This document shows, in pieces, positions 19,553-30,452 of a DNA stretch of 64,000 bases; position 1 is the first letter of the stretch, and each line of letters begins with the position of its first letter. The DNA comes from Oscillospiraceae bacterium (GTDB taxonomy: Bacteria > Bacillota > Clostridia > Oscillospirales > CAG-272). The notes below the pieces were generated by a model, which had not been told where the DNA came from, did not search any database, and worked only from the letters and a program-made list of their open reading frames with translations. Where the stretch lies: NCBI GenBank assembly GCA_015064315.1, contig SVSL01000003.1, positions 1,258 to 65,257 on the forward strand. Reading direction: 5' to 3'. A program made the translations under genes and the position numbers.

Positions 19553-22201
19553 TTGAAATTGAAATTTTACTGTGAAGACAGTGAGAAGGTTCTTGGCGAG
19601 GTTGGAGGCACTAAGGAAGGTCTTTCCTCTGCCGAAGCCGCAAAGCGTTTGGAAGCAAACGGTAAAAACAAGCTTGCCGCCGCAAAGGGCAAATCTGTGA
19701 TCCGCAGATTCCTTGAGCAGCTTGCCGATCCCATGATCATCATTTTGCTGGTTGCCGCCGCCATCAGCGGTGTGCTGGCAGTGTTTGAGGGTGAGAGCTT
19801 TGCAGACGTTATTATCATTCTTGCCGTAGTAATCGTAAACGCCGTTCTCGGTGTTTATCAGGAGAGCAAGGCAGAAAAAGCCATTGAAGCGCTGCAGGAA
19901 ATGTCGGCGGCTACCTCGAAGGTTCTCCGTGACGGCAAGGTGCAGATCGTACACAGTGAGGATCTGGTAGTTGGCGATATCATTCTGCTGGAAGCAGGCG
20001 ATGCCGTTCCCGCGGATGCGCGTATTCTTGAAAACGCAAGCCTGAAGGTAGAGGAAGCCGCTCTGACCGGTGAGTCGGTTCCCGTGACCAAGTTCATTGA
20101 CATCATCTATCTCAAGGATGGAGAAAAGGACGTTCCTCTGGGTGACCGCAAGAATATGCTCTACATGGGCTCCACCGTGGTATACGGACGCGGCACTGCC
20201 GTTGTTACCGCAACCGGTATGGATACCGAAATGGGTAAGATCGCAGGCGCGCTTCAGCAGGCTGAGGAGAGTGCTACTCCCCTTCAGAGAAAGCTCAATC
20301 AGCTCTCCAAGATCCTGACCTGGCTGGTGCTTGGCATCTGTATCATCGTGTTTGGTGTTCAGCTGCTCCGCGCAGGCAATTTCAGCTTTAACGAAACCAT
20401 TCTTCCCTCCTTTATGGTAGCGGTATCCCTTGCAGTCGCCGCCATCCCCGAGGGACTTGCGGCAGTTGTTACCGTGGTTCTCTCCATGGGCGTTACCAAT
20501 ATGTCCAAAAGAAATGCCATCATCCGCCGCCTGACCGCCGTTGAAACCCTTGGTTGCGCGCAGATCATCTGCTCCGACAAGACAGGCACTCTTACGCAGA
20601 ACAAGATGACCGTTGTTGACTTCTTTGGCGAGGACGAAAAGCAGATCGCCTCCGCAATGGCTCTTTGCTGTGATGCCGAGATCGATACCGACGGAAACGT
20701 CACCGGTGAGCCTACCGAGGCAGCCCTCGTTGTTTGGGCAGATAAGCTGGGCATGAAAAAATATGACCTCAAGGCAAGCTATCCCCGTAGCGGTGAAGCT
20801 CCCTTTGATTCGGGCAGAAAGATGATGTCCACCGTTCACACCGCAGACGGAAAGTACGTTCAGTACACCAAGGGCGCTCCCGACGTTGTCATTGGAAAAT
20901 GTACTCACTACCTCAAGGACGGAAAGCCCGTTCCCATGACCGAGGAGTACAGGAGCTCCATTCTGAGTGCGAACAAAGCCATGGCAGACAAGGCGCTCCG
21001 CGTTCTCGCCTGCTCCATGAGAGTATATGAAAGCGAGCCCGCAGATTACGAGGCTGAGCATCTTGAGGAAAAGCTTTGCTTCGTAGGACTTTGCGGAATG
21101 ATCGACCCCGTTCGTCCCGAGGTAAAGGCCGCGATCGTAGAGTGCAGAAGCGCAGGCATCCGCCCCATCATGATCACGGGCGACCACATTGATACCGCCG
21201 TTGCAATCGCAAAGGAGCTGGGCATTATCACCGAGGACACCTACGCCATTACCGGCGCACAGCTCAACGATATGGATGATGCCGAGTTCGAATCCAAATT
21301 TATGAGCATCAGCGTTTACGCGCGTGTTCAGCCTGAGCATAAGACGAGAATCGTCAATGCTTGGCGCAAGTCCGGCTACGTCACCGCCATGACCGGTGAC
21401 GGTGTAAACGATGCCCCCTCCATTAAGAGCGCGGACATTGGCGTTGGCATGGGTATCACGGGTACCGACGTTACCAAGAACGTTGCCGACATGGTTCTTA
21501 CCGACGATAACTTTGCTACCATCGTTGGTGCGGTTGAAGAGGGTCGCCGCATTTACGACAACATCCGTAAGGCGATTCAGTTCCTCCTCGGCTCCAACAT
21601 GAGTGAGGTTCTCTCGATCTTCACGGCAACCCTGATGGGCTTCACCATTCTCAAGCCCGTTCATCTCCTTTGGATCAATCTTGTAACCGACTGCTTCCCT
21701 GCTCTTGCGCTGGGAACCGAAAAGGCTGAGCCCAACATTATGAAGCGTAAGCCCCGTGATGCCAAGGCAGGCATTTTCTCGGGCGGTATGGGCGTTGACA
21801 TCGCATATCAGGGTATTCTCGTAACCATTCTGACCATTGCTTCTTATTTCATCGGTCACTTTGTTGAGACCGGCAACTGGGAGATCACCAACAGCGCACA
21901 CGGCATGACCATGGCGTTCCTGACCATGTCCATGGCAGAGATCTTCCACAGCTTTAATATGCGTTCTCAGAGAGGAAGCATCTTTACGCTTGGCTCTCAC
22001 AATAAGATCCTGTGGTTTGCAAGCATTGGTTCTCTCATTGCTACCACCGTTGTATGTGAGGTTCCCTTCCTTGCAAATGCCTTCGGCTTTGAAAGCGTTG
22101 GAATTTCCGAATATCTGATCGCCATTGCCCTTGGCCTCGTTGTCATTCCCGTGGTTGAGCTTGTAAAGCTGATCCAGAGAAAATCGAGCAAGGCAAACTG
22201 A
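19553..22201 (+). CDS. Cation-transporting P-type ATPase (P2A, Ca2+-type)
   Basis: TGES, IPEGL, DKTGTLT phosphorylation site, KGAP, TGD, GDGVND motifs; TTG start after AGGAGG. Confidence 0.95.
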   Translation: MKLKFYCEDSEKVLGEVGGTKEGLSSAEAAKRLEANGKNKLAAAKGKSVIRRFLEQLADPMIIILLVAAAISGVLAVFEGESFADVIIILAVVIVNAVLGVYQESKAEKAIEALQEMSAATSKVLRDGKVQIVHSEDLVVGDIILLEAGDAVPADARILENASLKVEEAALTGESVPVTKFIDIIYLKDGEKDVPLGDRKNMLYMGSTVVYGRGTAVVTATGMDTEMGKIAGALQQAEESATPLQRKLNQLSKILTWLVLGICIIVFGVQLLRAGNFSFNETILPSFMVAVSLAVAAIPEGLAAVVTVVLSMGVTNMSKRNAIIRRLTAVETLGCAQIICSDKTGTLTQNKMTVVDFFGEDEKQIASAMALCCDAEIDTDGNVTGEPTEAALVVWADKLGMKKYDLKASYPRSGEAPFDSGRKMMSTVHTADGKYVQYTKGAPDVVIGKCTHYLKDGKPVPMTEEYRSSILSANKAMADKALRVLACSMRVYESEPADYEAEHLEEKLCFVGLCGMIDPVRPEVKAAIVECRSAGIRPIMITGDHIDTAVAIAKELGIITEDTYAITGAQLNDMDDAEFESKFMSISVYARVQPEHKTRIVNAWRKSGYVTAMTGDGVNDAPSIKSADIGVGMGITGTDVTKNVADMVLTDDNFATIVGAVEEGRRIYDNIRKAIQFLLGSNMSEVLSIFTATLMGFTILKPVHLLWINLVTDCFPALALGTEKAEPNIMKRKPRDAKAGIFSGGMGVDIAYQGILVTILTIASYFIGHFVETGNWEITNSAHGMTMAFLTMSMAEIFHSFNMRSQRGSIFTLGSHNKILWFASIGSLIATTVVCEVPFLANAFGFESVGISEYLIAIALGLVVIPVVELVKLIQRKSSKAN

Positions 22202-22321
22202 TTACAACAAAAAGCAATTTCAAAATAAAAAAGCAAGGCAACGCGGGCGATCGGTATAGATCGTCCGCGTTGCGGTTTATAATATTAAAATTGTGAACGC
22301 TTTTAGAAAGGAGATCCCTCC

Positions 22322-23854
22322 ATGAAGAAAACTCTTATAGGATTTCGCAGGCTGATCAGCCGACGAATGTTTATCGCCCTTCTGATCCTTGCGCAATTCG
22401 CCATGCTCGGAGCCCTGTTTATTCGCTCCTCCCATCTGCTTTGGTTTGTCAGACTCCTCAACGTGATCAGCGTTGCCACCGCGCTTCATCTGATGACGCG
22501 TCCCGACAAAAGTGCCTTCAAGCTTTCCTTGGTATTTCTGATCCTGCTCTTTCCCATCTTTGGCGGAGCCCTCTACTGGATCATGCATTTTCAAACCGCG
22601 GGCATTGGATTTCGCAGGGTTCTCCGTGAGATCGAAGCGCGAACCCAAGGAGCCATCATGCCGAAAAAGGAGCTGCTTCCCATCGCGGAGGAGGAGCTTC
22701 CCGAGCAGATCAAGCAGATTCGGTATTTGCAAAGCACCTCGGGTTTTCCTCTGTTTGACAACACCGAAGCCTCTTATTTCCCTCACGGGATGCCCATGCT
22801 GGAGAAGCTCAGGGAAGATCTGAAAGAGGCGGAGCGTTATATTTTTCTGGAATATTTCATCATTGAAAGAGGTGTGATGTGGGACTCGATTCTGGAGATC
22901 CTGCAGCAAAAGGTTGCCGAGGGCGTGGACGTGCGCGTGGTGTATGACGATTTGGGAAGCTTTTTGACCCTACCGCCCGATTACGCAAAAAGGCTCTGTG
23001 CCATGGGCATTCAATGTAAGGTCTTTAACAAATTTCATCCCTTTCTCACCTGCCTGCAAAACAACCGGGATCACCGCAAGATCGCTGTGATCGACGGCAA
23101 GATCGCCTACACGGGCGGCGTCAATCTTGCCGACGAATATATTGGCGAAAAGCTTCGATTTGGCACCTGGAAGGACAGTGCGGTGCGACTGGAGGGAGAC
23201 GCCGCCTGGAGTATGACCGTGATGTTTTTGCAGATCTGGGAGCTCTTGACTCGCAAAAAGGAGAATTTTACACAATATCAGCCAATCGAAAATCCACTGC
23301 GCAGGTGCAAAGGCTGGATCCAGCCCTATACCGACAGTCCCATTGACGGGGAAAACGTGGGCGAGCAGGTCTATTTGCAGATCATTGAAAACACGCACCG
23401 TTATCTCTATATCACCACTCCCTATCTGATGGTAGACGACAATCTGCTCTCGGCGCTGAAGCTGGCGGCAAAAAGCGGCGTGGACGTTCGCATTCTCACC
23501 CCCGGTATTCCCGACAAAAAAACGGTGCATTTTACCACCCGCACCTATTATCGGGAGCTGGTGGAGGCAGGCGTTCGGATCTATGAATTCACCGAGGGCT
23601 TTGTGCATTCCAAAACCTTTGTCTCCGACGATGCGGTTGCCACCGTGGGAACCGTCAATTTGGATTTTCGAAGCCTTTACCTGCATTTTGAATGCGGCGT
23701 TTGTCTCTATCGCTGTCCCGCGGTGCTCGACGTTAAGCAAGACTTTCTAAGCGCCCTTCCCCGTTGCCGCGAGATCACCGCCAAGGATTGCAAATCAGGC
23801 CCTTTTCGCAAATTCTTCCAAAATATTATGCGCGTATTCGCACCGCTGATGTAA
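22322..23854 (+). CDS. cls: Cardiolipin synthase
   Basis: N-terminal TM segments and two HKD motifs (HRKIAVID, HSKTFVSD). Confidence 0.93.
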   Translation: MKKTLIGFRRLISRRMFIALLILAQFAMLGALFIRSSHLLWFVRLLNVISVATALHLMTRPDKSAFKLSLVFLILLFPIFGGALYWIMHFQTAGIGFRRVLREIEARTQGAIMPKKELLPIAEEELPEQIKQIRYLQSTSGFPLFDNTEASYFPHGMPMLEKLREDLKEAERYIFLEYFIIERGVMWDSILEILQQKVAEGVDVRVVYDDLGSFLTLPPDYAKRLCAMGIQCKVFNKFHPFLTCLQNNRDHRKIAVIDGKIAYTGGVNLADEYIGEKLRFGTWKDSAVRLEGDAAWSMTVMFLQIWELLTRKKENFTQYQPIENPLRRCKGWIQPYTDSPIDGENVGEQVYLQIIENTHRYLYITTPYLMVDDNLLSALKLAAKSGVDVRILTPGIPDKKTVHFTTRTYYRELVEAGVRIYEFTEGFVHSKTFVSDDAVATVGTVNLDFRSLYLHFECGVCLYRCPAVLDVKQDFLSALPRCREITAKDCKSGPFRKFFQNIMRVFAPLM

Positions 23855-23928
23855 CAAAAATGACTTGACAGAATCTAAAAAGTATAGTATAATGGTATTG
23901 CACAAAAAACTTTTCTTTGGAGGCACCT

Positions 23929-24981
23929 ATGAACGTTTCAAAAAAGATTTTGGCGTTGCTTTGCGCCACACTGATGCTATTCTCTGTTGTTGCCTGTACG
24001 AATGAACAGCCCACACAAGATGACCCCACCACTCAAAGCACCTCCGAATCCGCTCCCACCGAAGAGCCTACGGAGGAAGCAACCTACGGTGTTGGCGTGA
24101 TTCCCGAGCCCGATGATCTGCCCTACGATCAGAGCGTTCCCGCCTCGATCACCGTAGATGCGACCAAGCACGAGCCTCTGCTTCTCTGGAAGGATCGCGC
24201 CCATACTCCTTATTGGGATGACAGCCTTGGAGCTACCGTTGATCCCCATCTGCTCCCCTACATCAAGGGAGACGGACAGGAGCGCGCCTGCGTGATCGTA
24301 TGTCCCGGCGGCGGATATTCCTATCTTTCAAATGATAACGAGGGCGGCGTGATTGCCGAATATATCAACAAAGAGTGGGATCTGAACGCCGTTGTATTGC
24401 AGTACCGCGTTACGCCCTACGATTACAACGCCATTCTCACCGACGTGCTTCGCGCCGTACGTTTTGTTCGCTACTATGCCAAGGATCTTGGCGTGGATCC
24501 CAATAAGATCATTGTCATGGGCTTCTCGGCAGGCGGACATCTTGCCTGCATGGCGGCTGAAAAGTTCGACTACGGCAAGGTTGGAGACGCCATTGATCAC
24601 GTTTCCTCCAGACCCGATGCCGCTGTTCTCTGCTACCCCGTTGTTACGCTTTCTGCTCCCTATACGCATCAAGGCTCTTCCAACCGCTTTTTGGGCTTCC
24701 GGGAAGATGCAGAACTGGTAAAGCTCTTCTCCGGTGAGGAGGCGGTTCGCAAGGATATGCCTCCCGTATTCGCGGCACACAGCAAAAAGGACGGTACCGT
24801 AAGCTACCAGAACAGCCAGCTGCTGGCTGATGCGATGCAGAAAATCGGTGCTTCCTGTACCCTGAAGCTCTACGAGCAGGGTGGACACGGCTTTGGTCTT
24901 GCGCTGAACAGCTCCAATGACTCGGCAAACTGGAAGAACGAATGCTTTGCATGGCTGAAAGAAATTGGAATCATCAAATAA
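23929..24981 (+). CDS. Alpha/beta hydrolase lipoprotein (esterase-like)
   Basis: Lipobox VVAC, PGGGY oxyanion motif, GFSAGG nucleophile, GGHGFG. Promoter TTGACA-N17-TATAAT at 23865-23893. Confidence 0.88.
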   Translation: MNVSKKILALLCATLMLFSVVACTNEQPTQDDPTTQSTSESAPTEEPTEEATYGVGVIPEPDDLPYDQSVPASITVDATKHEPLLLWKDRAHTPYWDDSLGATVDPHLLPYIKGDGQERACVIVCPGGGYSYLSNDNEGGVIAEYINKEWDLNAVVLQYRVTPYDYNAILTDVLRAVRFVRYYAKDLGVDPNKIIVMGFSAGGHLACMAAEKFDYGKVGDAIDHVSSRPDAAVLCYPVVTLSAPYTHQGSSNRFLGFREDAELVKLFSGEEAVRKDMPPVFAAHSKKDGTVSYQNSQLLADAMQKIGASCTLKLYEQGGHGFGLALNSSNDSANWKNECFAWLKEIGIIK

Positions 24982-24991
24982 TATAAAACAT

Positions 24992-25193
24992 GAGACTGTC
25001 TCACTAAGAAAAATTTGCACAAAAGCATGAAATAAGAAAGGCTCCCCTGTGTAAGGGGGAGCTGACGCCGTAGGCGGCTGAGGGGTTGTTTTTCACAAAT
25101 TTGGTGTTTTACATCCCCTCCGCCTCGTTCCTCGGCACCTCCCCTTGCACAGGGGAGGCTTTTTTGTGTAGCTTGACTTTGTGAGACAGACTC
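24992..25193. mobile_element. MITE-like element enclosing a family A REP pair
   Basis: Terminal inverted repeats gagactgtctcac/gtgagacagactc (12/13 match) around REP units at about 25038-25089 and 25111-25162. Confidence 0.6.
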
Positions 25194-25211
25194 TTGTTTT
25201 TTGCTTACAGC

Positions 25212-26837
25212 TTAGGAAAAGCGATAATGCCGCTCCGTGCCTTGCCCGGAATATTCGGAATCGTTATGACGCGTAATCAAAATGCCGTTTTCCATTTCAA
25301 AGCGCACCAGATATTTCGTTCCTATATAGGCGATCTGGCGTCCCTCATCGTTATAAACGCGGTAATAGTCAAAATTGTTTCTTGTTCCTTGATTGACGGT
25401 ATAAAAGAAGCTCTCTTGCGTCAAGCACCAAAGCGAAGACGCTCTTCTTGCCTCCACGAATATTTGGGATTCTCCGTTGGCAAATAAGTAAACGTCTTCC
25501 GTTGCATTGCTTCGAAGCAAAATGCATTTATCGTAAAACATTTCCACCGTCATATCTTCGCCGTAATCGTAAAGCAGGTTAAGCTCGTGATCGTAGATCG
25601 CATTGTTGTAATAAATGTAATTTTCTCCTACGATAGCATTCTCGTGAAGCTCGAACAGAATATTGCCCGACTCGTCAAGGAAAAAGCATTGCGCCAAATC
25701 GTTAGAAAGCGTATAGCGCGTGGAAGAAACGGCAACGGGAAGATTTTTTCCCTGATGAGGAACCCAATCGTTCAACCGTTCAATGACGGCCCCCTGATTG
25801 GAAATTGTGTAAACGACAAGATCGTTTGTATCAATGCGCTTGTTTTCGATTTGATAGCCGTACGCCAGATTGATCACGTCATCCTCAAACTGCTCAAACT
25901 TATGGGTATAGTGCCAATTTGCACGGGACTGACCTCCGCCGGAGGTCAAAACATAATCCAGCGTTACTTCTCTTTCCTCCTGTGTCTTCACGTCGAAGAT
26001 CAAAGAAACGAGCTCATATTTTTTGCCGCTGATCTCCAGGTCATATTCCTGCGCGTCATTCACGGTAGGAATCCTGTATTGCACCAAAAGATTGCCGTCG
26101 TTCAACACAAAGCCATGCGCTTCCTGTGCATAGGAAGGACTTTCGTAGTATGCAAACTGTTTCATACAATCATCGTAAACCCAAGCAGAATAGCTGTGAA
26201 GGTATCCATCAACCTCTCTGTAATAATAGCCTGCTGCCGTGGTGGTCACGCCGCTAAGGGACGGATGCATGGGATTGCTATGAAAAGCAAACGTAAGATT
26301 GCCGTCTGCATCGGTTCGGTAATACTCACCGTCGTATAAAACCAGATCAAGATAGATCTCGGGAAGATGCATGGTCTCGGCATCATAGTCCTTGGTAAAC
26401 ACGGCTTGCCCATCCGCCTGATAGAGAGAAAGGGTTTGATTTACTTGATCAATATGCCAAAAAATATGCACGCCGTTGTAGAACTCGGCAAAAGCAAACT
26501 TGTGATCGGTCTCTGAGCCCTCTATCTCAAGCACGGTGCGATTGAGCACCGCATTATAGATCGCCTGGCGTTGTCCTTTTTGATAAAACCAAAGCAGTTG
26601 ATCATCCTCGGGGTTATATTGCACAGACCAATTTTCAAACTGTGTCAGCTCCTCGTAGCCCGAAAAGGAGGGCTTATCAAAAAAGGCGTAAGGATCCTTG
26701 GCGGTGTCTGCTGCCTCTGCCTCCGGTGCCTCTTCGGAGCGACGGAATGTCAAAAGCCCCACAAGAAAAAAAGAACCTGCAGCCAAAAGACCTGCGACAA
26801 TGATAAAAACGACGGCTGTGATAAGATTTTTCTTCAT
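25212..26837 (-). CDS. Hypothetical membrane-anchored extracellular protein
   Basis: N-terminal hydrophobic anchor; Tyr/Asp-rich, beta-strand-like repeats; 541 aa. Confidence 0.75.
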   Translation of the reverse strand: MKKNLITAVVFIIVAGLLAAGSFFLVGLLTFRRSEEAPEAEAADTAKDPYAFFDKPSFSGYEELTQFENWSVQYNPEDDQLLWFYQKGQRQAIYNAVLNRTVLEIEGSETDHKFAFAEFYNGVHIFWHIDQVNQTLSLYQADGQAVFTKDYDAETMHLPEIYLDLVLYDGEYYRTDADGNLTFAFHSNPMHPSLSGVTTTAAGYYYREVDGYLHSYSAWVYDDCMKQFAYYESPSYAQEAHGFVLNDGNLLVQYRIPTVNDAQEYDLEISGKKYELVSLIFDVKTQEEREVTLDYVLTSGGGQSRANWHYTHKFEQFEDDVINLAYGYQIENKRIDTNDLVVYTISNQGAVIERLNDWVPHQGKNLPVAVSSTRYTLSNDLAQCFFLDESGNILFELHENAIVGENYIYYNNAIYDHELNLLYDYGEDMTVEMFYDKCILLRSNATEDVYLFANGESQIFVEARRASSLWCLTQESFFYTVNQGTRNNFDYYRVYNDEGRQIAYIGTKYLVRFEMENGILITRHNDSEYSGQGTERHYRFS

Positions 26838-26996
26838 TTTCGAGCATATCTCCGTTTTTTCTGAAGTATTGAACTATATTTTATCATAATCTTCGTTGAT
26901 TGTCAATTGAAAGCAAAAAGTTTTGGCAAATTCGTAGAAATGCACAAATTTCTATTTACCTTTATGTGAACATTGCTTTTTAAGAAAATGACAAAA

Positions 26997-27091
26997 GCTG
27001 TCTCCTAAGAAAAACTTGCACAAAAGAATGGAATAAGAAAAACTCTCCTGTGTAAGGGGAGGTGGCAGCCGAAGGCTGACGGAGGGGTTGT
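26997..27091. repeat. Partial copy of the 24992 element with one REP unit
   Basis: ctgtctcctaagaaaaacttgcacaaaagaatggaataagaaa matches 24996-25039, followed by a family A unit. Confidence 0.75.
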
Positions 27092-27173
27092 TTCCTTTTG
27101 CGATTTCGTTGCTTTGGTCTACAGTCTGAAGCGCCCTGCACGTTGCCGTGCAGGGCGCCGGTTTGGAAAAGGA

Positions 27174-28259
27174 TCATTCGGGAAGCGTCAGATCTCCGGG
27201 CTTGATCCACTTGATCTTATACAGAAGCTCGCTGAAAAGCAGAGTCAGACCGGCGGGCAGGATGAAGCAGATCAGCGCAAGTCCGATCCAATCCATAGCG
27301 CCCACGGCACCGACTGCCGTCTTGTAGGCATCGCTGAACCATCCGAGAACGATTCCGATGGGTCCGAGCAATCCGCAGGTTCCCATGCCCGAGTTGATGG
27401 CTTCTCCGTACATCTGCATCTTGAACACGCAGGTTGCAAGCGGTCCCGTGATAGCGGAGGTCAGAATGGTGGGAATCCAAATGCGAGGATTGTGAATGAT
27501 GTTGGGCATTTGCAGCATACTGGTTCCGATTCCTTGGGATACCAAACCGCCCCATTTATTTTCCTTAAAGCTCATAACGGCAAAGCCTACCATCTGCGCA
27601 CAGCAGCCCGCAACCGCCGCACCGCCTGCCATGGCAAGACCCGTAGCAGAGGAAGGATCGGTAGCCGCCGCTACGGATACCGCAGAGAGTCCAAGCGCCG
27701 CGCAGATCGCCGCCGAGCTGATGGGCAGGGTCAGGGCGATACCAACGATCATGGACACCAAAATGCCCATAACAAGGGGCTGTTGGGTCATGGCAAAAGC
27801 GATCAGATCGCTGATGAGCCCCACCGCCTCTCCAATGTAAGGCGCGCACCAGATGCTGAGCAAGCCGCCCACGAGAAGTGTTACAAAAGGCGTTACCAGA
27901 ATGTCGATCTTGGTCTTCTTGGAAACCAGCATACCAACCTCTGCGGCAATGATGGCAATGAAAAGCACCGCCAAGGGACCGCCCGCACCGCCGCTGGTGT
28001 TGGCAAGAGCACCAACCGCCGCGCAGGAATAAACCACCAAGGGAGACGCCTTGAGAGAAACCGCAATGGCAACCGCCATGGCAGGTCCGGCTACGCCCTG
28101 CGCGCCCTTACCGATCTTGGTGAGGATCGAAAGTCCGGGAATCATTCCCAGCGCGTTGAAGATGGTGCCTATGAGGAGCGAGGCAAACAAGCCAAGCGCC
28201 ATCGCGCCCATGGCATCAATAAAATACCGTTTTGCGTACTTTTTCAATACTGCTTTCAT
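27174..28259 (-). CDS. PTS EIIC_2-family membrane protein
   Basis: FIDAMGAMALGLFASLLIG, KTKIDILVTP, LPISSAAI, GIGTSMLQMPNI and SGMGTCGL motifs. Confidence 0.85.
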   Translation of the reverse strand: MKAVLKKYAKRYFIDAMGAMALGLFASLLIGTIFNALGMIPGLSILTKIGKGAQGVAGPAMAVAIAVSLKASPLVVYSCAAVGALANTSGGAGGPLAVLFIAIIAAEVGMLVSKKTKIDILVTPFVTLLVGGLLSIWCAPYIGEAVGLISDLIAFAMTQQPLVMGILVSMIVGIALTLPISSAAICAALGLSAVSVAAATDPSSATGLAMAGGAAVAGCCAQMVGFAVMSFKENKWGGLVSQGIGTSMLQMPNIIHNPRIWIPTILTSAITGPLATCVFKMQMYGEAINSGMGTCGLLGPIGIVLGWFSDAYKTAVGAVGAMDWIGLALICFILPAGLTLLFSELLYKIKWIKPGDLTLPE

Positions 28260-28407
28260 AAAAAATCTCCTATTCTTTTTCGATGCTAACAGTATACCAT
28301 AAAAATCTGTCAATCTTCAACAAAAAAAGATGCCGAAACTTGGCGTGTTTCGGCATCTGATTTTGACAATTTTCCCATATTTTTGTTTACAATTACGGTT
28401 CAGAAAG

Positions 28408-29076
28408 TCATTCGTTGATCTTTGTGTGCGGCGCTTCCTGCAAAAAGCCTCGGTAATGGCAAAGAGGAACCCGCATAAAACGCGCCTCATTGTCATACTC
28501 CGCCACCGTAACCGAGCAGCTTTGAAATCCGTTGATGTTCCGCCGTTTCATTTCCTCGGCAAGCACGGGGCTTTTCTCTTTCCAGGTATCGCTCAAAGCG
28601 CGGAGCATCCTGCCATGGCAGAATATCGCCACGCATTGATCCGGATGAGTGATAACGATATCCCGTATCGCCGCTTCTACACGTTCTACGATCTCCTCGC
28701 GGCATTCGGCTCCCTCGGGACGAGGATCGCTTCGATCCATCTGAAAGCGCATCCAGAATGGGAATATCTGCGGATACTTTTGCTCAAGCTCCTTCCACTT
28801 CTGCCCTTCCCAAGCTCCCACGTAAGCCTCCCGCAAACGGCGGTCGGTCACGATATCCAATCCAAAGGCATCTGCCGTTGGGCGGGCGGTCTGGACCGTT
28901 CTGCAAAGATCACTTGCATAGATCGCATCTATGGAATAATGTTCTCGCAGATAGGCGGCAGTCCTCTCGGCTTGAGAAAAGCCCTCTTCAACCAAAGGAT
29001 AATCAAGCTGTCCGCTGCAAACGCCCAAGTGGTTCCCCTCGCTTTGCGCATGGCGAATAAAAATAAGTGTAGTCAT
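28408..29076 (-). CDS. Histidine phosphatase family protein (paralog 4)
   Basis: RHAQS, SDLCRT, LREAYVGAWEG, CHG. Confidence 0.88.
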   Translation of the reverse strand: MTTLIFIRHAQSEGNHLGVCSGQLDYPLVEEGFSQAERTAAYLREHYSIDAIYASDLCRTVQTARPTADAFGLDIVTDRRLREAYVGAWEGQKWKELEQKYPQIFPFWMRFQMDRSDPRPEGAECREEIVERVEAAIRDIVITHPDQCVAIFCHGRMLRALSDTWKEKSPVLAEEMKRRNINGFQSCSVTVAEYDNEARFMRVPLCHYRGFLQEAPHTKINE

Positions 29077-29089
29077 AAAAGCTCCTTGG

Positions 29090-29740
29090 TTATACGACGT
29101 TTCCGTCCGTATGGCTGGAAAGTTCCATCAAATGTCCCTCGTAGCCAACCAAAAGATAGTCCGCGTAATCACGTCCGCAAAAGCGCAGTACGGTGACCGA
29201 CGCGTTTTCGAAATCCCCGTTTTTTACCAACGCGAGGCGTTCCTCTCTATTGGGAATACACCTTGCCAGAATTGTGCCTATGGTACCGGCGTGTGCGAAC
29301 ACGGCAACCGTTTGATCCCGATTTGCTTCCAGTACGCGGTCCAAAAAACGATTGATCCGAATCCGCAGCTCTCCAAAGCTTTCTCCGCCTTTGGGAGCGT
29401 AGCTCGAATCGGTCCTCCATCGAGTCATTTCCTCTGCTCTTGTCCGAAAGATCAGATCAGCATTCTGCCCCTGCCATTCTCCCACACAGATCTCGCGCAG
29501 ATCAGCGTCGGGAATCGTTTCCAAGCCAAACGCCCGTGCCGTAGGCTCTGCCGTTTGTATGGCGCGCTTCAGATCGCTGGCATAGACGGTATCGATGGAA
29601 TAGTTCTCTTTGATATACTTTCCCGTTTGCTCTGCCTGCGCAAAGCCGAGATCGGATAAAGGAAAATCAATCTGTCCGCAATAGACACCCATCAGATTTC
29701 CCGTGCTTTGTCCGTGTCGAACCAAAATCAAGGTTGTCAA
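29090..29740 (-). CDS. Histidine phosphatase family protein (paralog 3)
   Basis: TTG start; RHGQS, SDLKRA, LREICVGEWQG, GGES, AHA. Confidence 0.9.
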   Translation of the reverse strand: MTTLILVRHGQSTGNLMGVYCGQIDFPLSDLGFAQAEQTGKYIKENYSIDTVYASDLKRAIQTAEPTARAFGLETIPDADLREICVGEWQGQNADLIFRTRAEEMTRWRTDSSYAPKGGESFGELRIRINRFLDRVLEANRDQTVAVFAHAGTIGTILARCIPNREERLALVKNGDFENASVTVLRFCGRDYADYLLVGYEGHLMELSSHTDGNVV

Positions 29741-29766
29741 AGTCTCTTCCTCCTGTAAAAAACAAA

Positions 29767-30438
29767 TTATACAAGCCCCTTTATACTATCCGACACAATC
29801 GATCCAAGATGGGCATTGTATCCAAGCTCTTTGACACGCAGAAGGGTTCCGTCGTCATCAAGCTCTGCCACAGTGATTGAAGAATTGGGAATGCGGAGGG
29901 TTCCGTCCTCCATGTTGCAGATTCGTTTTTCCGCATGATTGGGGTCGTCCCATGATTGGCAAATACTGAAAAGGGGTCCCCAGTGGCTGAAGAGCGCAAT
30001 GCACTCTCCCTTATGCTTTTGAATCAGCTCTTCCAAAAAGGCTAAAACACGCTCGCGCATCTGACGCTTTGTTTCACCGCCCTCGGGACAAAAATCCTCG
30101 GTGTCGTTCCACGTACAGTGAATCTCATAGTATTCCTTATTCTCAAAAATTTCCTTTTTGGAGACGCCCTCCAGAATTCCACCGCTCATTTCCTTGAGCG
30201 CATCCGAAGGGATCGTCTCCAAGCCAAAGGCTTCCGCAGTGGGAGCGGCGGTTTGCATGGTACGCGTCAGCGAGCTGGCGTAGATATGATCAATATGGTA
30301 ATGCGCCCTCAGATATTCTCCCGTCATTCTTGCCTGCTCGAGTCCTTGTTCGGTCAGCGGATAATCCTTTTGTCCGCAACACATGCCCAACAGATTTCCT
30401 ACACTTTGTCCGTGACGGACGAGAATTACCGTTGTCAT
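29767..30438 (-). CDS. Histidine phosphatase family protein (paralog 2)
   Basis: RHGQS, SSLTRT, LKEMSGG, GGET, SHW. Confidence 0.9.
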   Translation of the reverse strand: MTTVILVRHGQSVGNLLGMCCGQKDYPLTEQGLEQARMTGEYLRAHYHIDHIYASSLTRTMQTAAPTAEAFGLETIPSDALKEMSGGILEGVSKKEIFENKEYYEIHCTWNDTEDFCPEGGETKRQMRERVLAFLEELIQKHKGECIALFSHWGPLFSICQSWDDPNHAEKRICNMEDGTLRIPNSSITVAELDDDGTLLRVKELGYNAHLGSIVSDSIKGLV

Positions 30439-30452
30439 AAGAGGTTCTCCTT

